Below are positions 24,589 to 34,432 of a DNA stretch of 64,000 nt, piece after piece. Made by a program: the position numbers and the translations under genes. How positions within the stretch are numbered: the stretch's first letter is position 1; each line of letters starts with the position of its first letter. The notes beneath the pieces are model-generated. The model was given only the letters and a program-made list of their open reading frames with translations. It did no database searches and had not been told where the DNA came from. Source of the DNA: Anthoceros angustus (lineage: Eukaryota > Plantae > Anthocerotophyta); NCBI GenBank assembly GCA_010909165.1, contig MU008236.1, positions 6,081 to 70,080 of the forward strand, read 5' to 3'.

Positions 24589-25990
24589 GTGCGAGAGATT
24601 CAGATGGCGGTGGATCTTGAATCGTCTACCAAGAGTGTGACGAAAGAGGTTCATGTATGGCACATTGCAGAAGATGTGAGCCCGGAAGATAAGCAGAAAA
24701 TCATCAACATGCTTGAGAAAAACAAGGGTGCTTTTGCATTCAGTTGGAAGGAGCTGGGTAGGTATGAGAAGATCAAGTTCAAAGTAGTGACGACTCATGA
24801 AGAGCCCGTCTTCAGAAGGAGGCATCGCCTCAGTTCAGCAGAATGGGAGATTGTTGACAAACGCTGTCAAGACTTGTTCGAAGCAGGGTTGATAAGAAAA
24901 TCAAGCTCTCAATATGCTGCTGCGACTGTCCTACCGCTCAAAAAGGATGAGAACGGTGAATGGAAGGACAGGAGGATGTGTGGCGACTACCGACCTCTAA
25001 ACGAGGTGACTCCTATGGAGCGGTACCCCATGCCTACTCCAGACGAGATTTTCGATGCCATAGGTAAGGCAAAGTTCTTTACCAGCTTGGACTTCCGCTC
25101 AGGCTTCAACCAAATTGTGATTGAAGAGCAGGACAAGTGCAAGACCCTTGGGGAAGGACCAGCTTTGGGAGTGGGAGACAATGCCGTTTGGGCTGAAAAT
25201 GCTATATATTTCCAAAGAATTGCGGATCTGGGCTGCAGGTGCCATTTGTGCGTTGTTACATAGATGATATCCGGTCTTTGTGAGACAATCGAAGAACATA
25301 TGGAGCATCTAGAGATATTGCTCAGTCAAGCTCGGGTTTGAAAGCTCATCCTAAGAAATGCAAGTTTGCTTTCCAGGATCAGTATGGGGCATGAGATAGT
25401 ACCGAGGCATCATGCCTCTCGGTGGCTAAGGTGCGTGATGCAAATGCCTAGACCAAAGGATGTAGCTCTTAGAGCCTTCACAGGTTTGGTGAACTATTAC
25501 AGGAGGTTTATGAAGGACCTCGGTTCACATGTAAACCTGTATGAGCTGAAGAAAGACATTGCATGGAAATGGGACCAAGACCAGGAGTTGGCTTGGCAAG
25601 ATCTTCGGGACCAGTTGGCAGAGAAGCCTATGCTGGCCAGGCCGAATTTTGATCACCCTTTCACTCTGTACACATCGGAGCACTGAGGCGGTGTTGTCAC
25701 AACATGGTGCGATGGTGTTGAGCGAGTGATAGCTTATGCAAGCCGATCTAACAACTCCAAGTGAACTACCTCATATGAGGGAGAGTGTCTTGTCGCATGG
25801 GCGCTCGCATTTCGTGGTCTATCTGTATGGAAGGCGTTAATCGGTCACAGATCACCAGCCACTTCATTGGCTGATGACCAACATGAAGTTGAGTGGTAAG
25901 CTAGCGGTGGCTCTCGAGTACGATATGGAGATCGTGCACAGGGCAGGCAAGGTGCATCACAATGCAGATGGGCTAAGCAGAAACCCGCTG
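24589..25990 (+). mobile_element. Ty3/Gypsy reverse transcriptase and RNase H (frameshifted)
   Basis: ORF 24589..25263 has RRMCGDYRPLN, YPMPTPDEIFDAIGKAKFFTSLDFRSGFNQI and YIDD at 25257-25268. It is followed by LRAFTGLVNYYRRF, PMLARPNFDHPFTLYT, AYASRS, TDHQPL and YDMEIVHRAGKVHHNADGLSRNP. Confidence 0.95.
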
Positions 25991-26444
25991 GAGAGTGACA
26001 AGGATGTCACAGAGCTCGATGTGATGAGGGGCACGATGGTGCACCCAGCTTCATGGCACTCATGGCCGTGATAGATGATCATGAAGAAGGACATGTGCCG
26101 ACAGAGTCCGCTGTGATGTTTGAGACATCCTCAAGCCTGATTCAAGAAGGCAAGGTTCGAATGATCAAGGTGCTTGGCTAAACTCAGAAGGCGTGTGGCC
26201 AGATACTCCTAGGACTGGTAGTTCTCACCCTGCACAGCAGCCATGGAGGAGGTCTCGCACAAGCGAGGTGGAGATACTGGAATCTGTGCCCTCTAGGGTG
26301 TGCTATGACTGCCGTCAATTCCAGCAGAGTTTGCAGGACAGGATGGGACCCCAATTTGTGGATGACGAAGATGCGGGTAAGTGGAGCATCTTCTACTCCC
26401 GCAAGTATGACCCGGAACGAGGTATTCCACCTGCAAGTTATGAC

Positions 26445-29400
26445 GAGCTTCACATCTTCCTACTGTATGTTGAGGAGCATCATGACAGCTGTAGGGTGGA
26501 GCATTATCCCACAGAACATCGGGATTTATTTGAGCTCCAGGGGTCCTGGCGTTGCCTCGGACTGGACAAGCTATCTGAGAGGGTGCATGGAGGAATTTCA
26601 GCATCACTTCCAAATGCATCAATGGTTTGATGGGATGAGGTTGCAGTGAGTTCGTTGGTGGGAGACACATAGCCGCTTGATTTTTCTCAAGGAGTGGTTT
26701 CGAGTTTTCCACCATCCGCGACGGGGGCATCATGTGGTGGCCTCGGCAGTTTTACATTCTGACCAACAAGCTGAGGACCCCTCATGTTGATCAACGTGCT
26801 TGGACTCGAGAGGAGAAGGACGCGTTCAACTGTCTCAAGAGACTCGCCAGCCCGCACATCTACACTTCCTGTAAGTTACCGTTTTTCAATTACCCAACAC
26901 AGGAAGCTTACAATCGGGACATGGATGCTGGACAGGATGGCATACATCCTTTTTTCAGCCAGTTCGATGCACAGAAGAGCTTTGTGGAAGAACAGGTTGA
27001 CAATCTATCTGGATTCAAGCTGCCCAGCGAGATTACTATTAAGCAGGAGGCACAAGAAGACCCATCAGATGATGAGGATCTCGAAGATGACGCCATTCCT
27101 CCTCCTCGGCGTAACCACCGCTGTTGGACAAGCTACGCTCGCGGTGGGGACGCTGAGTAGTTGTTTGTTTTCTAGGCCAAGATGGTCTAAATAACTTTGT
27201 GGGAAACCGGTGGCTAGGCCTCCAAGTTTCAATTCATGGTCCGGTCCGCCTCTCTTAGGCAAACCCGTCTCTTTAGTTTTGCCCTTGGCCATAGGCCAAG
27301 GACAAATTAAGAGCTAGGATTATTGCTCGGCCAGGCCAAGGACGCCACAGCAGTGATGCTTAGAAAGGACTTAGCTTGTGGCGAGGCTAGGCAGGCATCA
27401 TATGCGGCTGGCTGACAAGGTGTTCATGAGGATTACGGAAAAAGCCTTTGAAGACTCTCGAAAAATTGCAAAGCTTCGTCCTTTGCATGAAGAAAGGAGA
27501 GCAGTCACGAGATGACTTTTGAAGGTTACTGTTGCGAAGGCAGGCATCTTGACGGATCAAGCCGTGGAGAAATTTGGTTGGAGGGGACTCCTTGTTCCAT
27601 TTTCAGCTCACTTCAGGTGGATAAGTATGGTGACAGCTACACCTTGGAACAAGTTCATGAAGAGGTAGAGCGCATAGAGATTGCCCCATGACCAAGGGCA
27701 AGGAGGTGGCTACCAAGGATGGGACGTCCACCAAGGGAGGTGGCACGGGGAAGGATAAAAACTCTAAGGCGGAGGTGGGGAAATGGAAAGTCCATGACTC
27801 ACACGTGCTATGGAGGCCAAATGTCCTCGGGATCTTGCAGGACTTTAGGCCACAGGCGTGAGAGAGCATCCAGGAGTGGGTGTTATGGGAGGCTGTCTTA
27901 CACCAACTTTGGAATTAATTGAAGAATGTTTTGCTAACTGCACCAAGCGAGGAGGAAGAAACAAGAGGTCCCAACGGCAAATAAAGGGTAGCACAAGGGC
28001 AAGACACATGAGGCGAGTCATGGCCACACAGTCATGAAAATCCGTGACTTGGAAATGGAGTTGGGGAAATTCCGGAGGTTGGAGCGAAAGGAGGAAGAGG
28101 CTGGAAGAGCGGACACATTTTGTCAGAAGATTGGAGATGGAGCGAGAATGCGCAGGAGCATGCACAACTCCCTAGGAGGATAGGGGAGTTAGAAAAGGAG
28201 AGCGAGAAGAGGAAGACCGTCCGGAAAGTGCGGCATGTTGGTGGTAAGGGAGCAGAGATTTTGGGCTAATTATGCCCTATAGGAGAAGTTGATCCACCAA
28301 CTGCAGACGAAAAGAGTGGAGAATGTGGCTCTTCACGTCAGGGTGGGGAGTTAACCTTGGGCGAGATGCTTACAAAAGTAAGTGTGAGCTTCACATCTTC
28401 CTACGTATGTTGAGGAGCATCATGGCGGTGTAGGGTGGAGCATTATCCTGAGGAACATCGGGATTTATTTGAGCTCAGTGGGGTCTGGCGTTTGCCACGG
28501 ACTGGACAAGCTATCTGAGAGGGTGCATGGAGGAATTTCAGCATCACTTCCAAATGCATCAATGGTTTGATGGGATGAGGTTGCCAGTGAGTTCGTTGTT
28601 GGGGAGACACATACCCTCGTCTTGATTTTTCTCAAGGAGTGGTTTCGAGTTTTCCACCATCTGCGGGGCCAGGCATCATGTGGTAGGGTGGCCTCGGCGG
28701 TTTACATTCGACCAACAAGTGAGGACCCCTCATGTTGATCAACGTGCTTGGACTCGAGAGGAGAAGGCGTTCAAGCTATCTCGAGAGACTACTTGACCCA
28801 TCTACACTTCACAGCAAATTCTGGTTTTCAATTACCCAACACGAGAAGCTTACAATCGGGACATGGATCTTTGGGCGAGGATGGCATACATCCTTTTTCA
28901 GCCGATTCGATGCGGAGCTTTGTGGAAGAAACGGGTTGACAATCTATCTGGATTCAAAAGGCGCGAGATTACTATTAAGCGGGAGGCCTGAAGACCCATC
29001 GGATGATGAGGATCTCGAAGATGGCGCCATTCCTCCTCCTCGCGGAGACCACCGTCGGTGTTGGACAAGCTACGTTCTCGTGGTGGGGGCGTTGGTGAGT
29101 AGTTGTTTGTTTTTCTAGGCCAAGATGGTCTAAACAACTTTGTGGGAAACCAGGTGGCTAGGCCTCCAAGTTTCCAGGGGCTTCATGTCCTGGGTGCTCG
29201 CTCTTAGGCAAACCCGGTCTCTTTTTGTGCCCTTGGCCATAGGCCAGGACAAATTAAGCTAGGATTATTGCTCTGGGCCAAGGCCAGGGCGCCTGAGCGG
29301 TGATGCTTAGAAAGGACTTAGCTTTGTGGCGAGGCTAGGCATGCACTATGCTCACAGGCCGCGACAAGGTGTTCATGAGGATTCTGGAAAAAGCCTTTCC

Positions 29401-30396
29401 GCTGAAGACTCTCGAAAAAATTGCAAAGCTTGCGTCCTTTGCAAGAAAGGAGAGCAGTCACGGATGACTTTTGAAGATTCTGAGTTCTTGAGAAAGGCGA
29501 GGCATCTTGACGGATCAAGCCGTGGAGAAATTTCCAGCGTTGGAGGGGACTCCTTGTTCCATTTTCAGCTCATCACTTCTACGGTGGATAAGTATGGTGG
29601 CACTACACCTTGAGAACAAGTTCATGAAGGTAGGCGCATAGATTGCCCCATGACCAAGGGCAAGGAGGTGGCTACCAAGGATGGGACGTCCACCAAGGGA
29701 GGTGGCACAGGGAAGGATAAAAACTCTAAGGCAGGAGGTGCAGGCTTCGGGAAATGGAAAGTCGACATGCCACAGCTCACGTGCTATGGAGGCCAAATGT
29801 CCTCCAGGGATCTTGCAGACTTTAGGCCCTGGGCAGCAGAGGAGAACATCCAGCTGGAGTGGGTGTTATGGGAGGCACTGGTCTTACACCAACCTGGAAT
29901 TAATTGAAGAATGTTTTGCTAACCTGCACCAAACAGAGGAAGAAACAAGACAGGTCCCAACAGCAAATAAGGGTAGCACAAGGGCAAGTAGAAGCACATG
30001 AGCAGGTCATGGCCACACAAGCTGTGAAAATCCGTGACTTGGAAATGGAGTTGGGGGAAATTCGCCGGAGGTTGGAACGAAAGGAGGAAGAGCTGGAAGA
30101 ACGGACACATTTTGTCCGAAGATTGGAGATGGAGCGAGAAGTACAGCAGCAGGAGCATGCACAACTCCCTAGGAGGATAGGGGAGTTAGAAAAGGAGAGA
30201 GCAGAAGAGGAAGACCGTCATGAGGCGGTTGTGCAGCACATGTTGGTGGTAAGGGAGCAGAGATTTTGGGCTAATTATGCCCTATAGGAGAAGTTGATCC
30301 ACCAACTGCAGACGAAAAGAGTGGAGAATGTGGCTCTTCACGTCAGGGTAGGGGAGTTAACCTTGGAGCGAGATGCTTACAAAAGTAAGTGTGAGC
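26445..30396. repeat. Tandem duplication, 2 x ~1.95 kb (26445-28385, 28386-30396)
   Basis: GAGCTTCACATCTTCCTAC at 26445 and 28386; the 4-bp microhomology GAGC is also at 30393. Confidence 0.93.
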
Positions 30397-30659
30397 AGGG
30401 AGTGTGGCTTGAGGATTATAAAGAATTGGAGATGGCACAACAACGATTTGCAGCCCATCTTCACAACAAGGTACTCAAGGCAACTAACGAATTATTGCGG
30501 GTTGCTGAGAAAAGAATGTTGGGACCTCATGATGATGATAGGGAGGCCCTTATGCAGGTCCAACCAAGAGCCTTAGACTTGGAGAATGCCCCAAGCGACA
30601 TGGATGAAGGAACTTCGCAACGGGGGAAACAAGTGGAGCGGCTCCACTTTCCTGTCTAA
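29340..30659 (+). pseudogene. gag-like segment followed by the accessory coiled-coil ORF of a non-autonomous LTR-element family
   Basis: FMRILEKAFPLKTLEKIAKLASFARK (~29371) and GGDSLFHFQLITSTVD, then MPQLTCYGGQMSSRDLADFRPW...YTNLELIEECF and ...ENVALHVRVGELTLERDAYKSKCEQGVW...DDDREAL. Homologous to the 10.7-16.6 kb minus-strand ORFs and to 43067..43729. Confidence 0.65.
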
Positions 30660-31257
30660 AAAACCAGGCCCTAACCCTTCTCTTCTTTTTTAATAAAATC
30701 TCCACTTTCCTCTCTAAAAAACCAGGCCCTAATAGGACATATCACTATCTTTGATAATTGTAATGGTGACCACGTCGGGGATTGCATTTTCCTCTAATTA
30801 ATTATCAGTAGATGTCTGTCGGAATTGGGGAAAACCCCTCCGCCCTCTGGGGTTAACTCGCGTGTGTCTGTAGAAGGTCGAGCGCGCCGGGAGACGGTTT
30901 GCGGTACTTAGGGCAAAGTTTTTTACAATCGGCCGTATCAACAATTGGTACAATTGGTGTCCGACCAGTATCTTCACCGTGAATACCCTACGAGGCCGTT
31001 ACAAATCCGGAGCTCTGCGGCCGCCGTTACAAATCTGGAGCTCTGCGGCCGCCGACTAGAATCTATCTATAGGCACGGCGCTGGCAGAGTGCACTCCATA
31101 CTGGCAGGCTTTGGAGGGGCTACCTACGGGCTTTGTAACGTCGGGGATGGCGCGTTGAGCTTGTAACTGCGCTTCCCAAGGTGCAACCTTGGGGGAGAAT
31201 ACCCTGTTGCGGTTTCATTTGTTGAGCACAAACACCTTCGCGTTTGAGGCGTACGCA

Positions 31258-31875
31258 ATGCCTAGGAAGCGCAAAACTCCGAAAGACGGTGAAGAGCAGG
31301 CACAGGGTCTTCAGGTCACTTCACAGCCCTCGGCAAATGTGCCACCGAGGGAGGCTGTCGAAATACTTGAGATGGGGCGGATGAATAGGGGGCGATTCGA
31401 TCTGGGGCCGGTGGCGGTCCAGTACAGGGAAGGGAGCACCTCCTTCTGTAGGTCCCGCTGGAGTGCCTAGCCTGGGATATTACCCGCCGCAGAACTCTCA
31501 AGAAGCAGTTTCCATTTCTGGGACAGCCTGCACTGCTGATCGAGACTTGCTGAAGGCGCCGAAGGCTTTGCAGCCTGTTGCTAAAGCTTCCACTGGACCT
31601 CCTTTTGAATCGATGCCTGACTCTGTCTCTCGCGTGGAACCCTCAACATCGCCAGCAAGCAGCTTTGTGAATGCTGGGGCTACAATTGCTAGGCGCATGA
31701 ATGACTTGCGGCTTCAGGAGCGTCAAGAAGCATCCGCTCCATCTTCGCCCACTCATGTGCAGGCCCCACCTGTGTCCAGCAAGTCACTGAGGTTTCCTTT
31801 GCGGCCAGGAAAGGGCCGCTCAGGTATCAGTGTTGTCAAGGCGAATCATTTCTTTGCGGAGTTGCCTGATAAAGA
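31258..31875 (+). pseudogene. AGO1: Partial duplicate of AGO1 exon 1 (copy 1, truncated at duplication junction)
   Basis: ATG at 31258 ([10 protein letters not shown]...) through [12 protein letters not shown], then a jump back to 30511 sequence across the AAAGA microhomology. Confidence 0.85.
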
Positions 31876-32611
31876 ATGTTGGGACCTCATGATGATGATA
31901 GGGAGGCCCTTATGCAGGTCCAACCAAGAGCCTTAGACTTGGAGAATGCCCCAAGCGACATGGATGAAGGAACTTCGCAACGGGGGAAACAAGTGGAGCG
32001 GCTCCACTTTCCTGTCTAAAAAACCAGGCCCTAACCCTTCTCTTCTTTTTTAATAAAATCTCCACTTTCCTCTCTAAAAAACCAGGCCCTAATAGGACAT
32101 ATCACTATCTTTGATAATTGTAATGGTGACCACGTCGGGGATTGCATTTTCCTCTAATTAATTATCAGTAGATGTCTGTCGGAATTGGGAAAACCCTCCG
32201 CCCTCTGGGGTTAACTCGCGTGTGTCTGTAGAAGGTCGAGCGCGCCGGGAGACAGTTTGCGGTACTTAGGGCAAAGTTTTTACAATCGGCCGTATCAACA
32301 ATTGGTACAATTGGTGTCCGACCAATATCTTCACCGTGAATACCCTACGAGGCCGTTACAAATCCGGAGCTCTGCGGCCGCCGTTACAAATCTGGAGCTC
32401 TGCGGCCGCCGACTAGAATCTATCTATAGGCACGGCGCTGGCAGAGTGCACTCCATACTGGCAGGCTTTGGAGGGCTACCTACGGGCTTTGTAACGTCAG
32501 GGATGGCGCGTTGAGCTTGTAACTGCGCTTCCCAAGGTGCAACCTTGGGGAGAATACCTGTTGCGGTTTCATTTGTTGAGCACAAACACCTTCGCGTTTG
32601 AGGCGTACGCA

Positions 32612-34120
32612 ATGCCTAGGAAGCGCAAAACTCCGAAAGACGGTGAAGAGCAGGCACAGGGTCTTCAGGTCACTTCACAGCCCTCGGCAAATGTGCCACC
32701 GAGGGAGGCTGTCGAAATACTTGAGATGGGGCGGATGAATAGGGGGGCGATTCGATCTGGGGCCGGTGGCGGTCCAGTACAGGGAAGGGGCGCACCTCCT
32801 TCTGTAGGTCCCGCTGGAGTGCCTAGCCTGGGATATTACCCGCCGCAGAACTCTCAAGAAGCAGTTTCCATTTCTGGGACAGCCTGCACTGCTGATCGAG
32901 ACTTGCTGAAGGCGCCGAAGGCTTTGCAGCCTGTTGCTAAAGCTTCCACTGGACCTCCTTTTGAATCGATGCCTGACTCTGTCTCTCGCGTGAACCCTCA
33001 ACATCGCCAGCAAGCAGCTTTGTGAATGCTGGGGCTACAGTGCTAGGCGCATGAATGACTTGCGGCTTCAGGAGCGTCAGAAGCATCCGCTCCATCTTCG
33101 CCCACTCATGTGCAGGCCCCACCTGTGTCCAGCAAGTCACTGAGGTTTCCTTTGCGGCCAGGAAAGGGCCGCTCAGGTATCAAGTGTGTTGTCAAGGCGA
33201 ATCATTTCTTTGCGGAGTTGCCTGATAAAGATCTGCACCAGTATGATGTAAGGACGCTTTTTCATGACTCTACTTTGTGTCATCGAATCTATCGGACCTT
33301 CGGAACCCATTTTCTCTGACTGTTCACCTGTCCAGGTTTCGATTACGCCGGAGGTGACATCCCGTGGGGTGAATAGGGCTGTAATGAAGGTTCTAGTCAG
33401 CACCCACAAGGATTCGGCTCTGGGTCAGCGTTTACCTGTATATGACGGACGGAAAAGCCTTTACACAGCTGGCCCTCTACCATTCCAATCAAGGAATTTC
33501 ACGTGAACCTCCTAGATGAAGAGGATGGTACTAATACTCAAAGGTTTGTATCTATTGGTTGAAGCTCTCTTGTTTCCTTTGTGCTAGAAGGTTGTCATAG
33601 CTTCTATCCTGTCTTTGCAGAAGGGAGAGGTCGTTTAGGGTTGTGCTGAAGCTCGCAGCCAGGGCAGATCTGCACCATTTAGGGCAATTCCTGCAAGGTA
33701 GACAAGCAGATGCACCACAGGAAGCTTTGCAGGTGCTCGACATAGTTTTGCGAGAACTTCCCACTCATCGGTATGCCTTTTTCCTGTGATGACGTTAATT
33801 CGTTCATCTGCAGCAGTGTTAGGCCCAGTCTAAGCTGCCTCACCCATTTTGTCTGACTGTAGATACTCCCCAGTTGGCCGATCATTCTATTCACCACATT
33901 TAGGACATCGACAACCTTTGGGAGATGGTCTGGAAAGTTGGCGTGGTTTTTATCAAAGCATTCGGCCTACTCAGATGGGTTTGTCTCTCAATATTGGTGA
34001 GGAATATCTTCAGCCTTGCTTTTGCGAGTATTTTATATTGTGCCTTCGTCTTGTGAGGCATGCTATCCTTCCCTTCGGTTGTTAGCTGCAGAGTGAAGGC
34101 AACCAGGTGTTAAAATCAAC
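32612..34120 (+). pseudogene. AGO1: Partial duplicate of AGO1 exons 1-4 (copy 2, truncated at duplication junction)
   Basis: ATG at 32612; exons read to MGLSLNI, then a jump back to 32294 sequence across the ATCAAC microhomology (34115-34120). Confidence 0.85.
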
Positions 34121-34432
34121 AATTGGTACAATTGGTGTCCGACCAATATCTTCACCGTGAATACCCTACGAGGCCGTTACAAATCCGGAGCTCTGCGGCC
34201 GCCGTTACAAATCTGGAGCTCTGCGGCCGCCGACTAGAATCTATCTATAGGCACGGCGCTGGCAGAGTGCACTCCATACTGGCAGGCTTTGGAGGGCTAC
34301 CTACGGGCTTTGTAACGTCAGGGGATGGCGCGTTGAGCTTGTAACTGCGCTTCCCAAGGTGCAACCTTGGGGAGAATACTGTTGCGGTTTCATTTGTTGA
34401 GCACAAACACCTTCGCGTTTGAGGCGTACGCA

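Noticed and set aside
26193-26630. VCYDCRQFQ as an integrase HHCC zinc finger
   Set aside because: There is no upstream His pair at the proper spacing and no downstream DDE core.
31005-31062. SacI/NotI/CTAGA words suggesting cloning-vector polylinker contamination
   Set aside because: Spacing and flanks do not match the pBluescript-type MCS as I recall it, and the motif is embedded seamlessly in all three AGO1 upstream copies.
31463-31936. ORF fusing the AGO1 N-terminus to a TE coiled-coil C-terminus (…ELPDKECWDLMMM…)
   Set aside because: It is created by the 30511/31871 duplication junction, so it is not a novel chimeric gene unless the junction is validated.
33225-33247. GATCTGCACCAG (DLHQ) as a miR168 site
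   Set aside because: Only a short central match; the flanks needed for seed and 3' pairing are absent.
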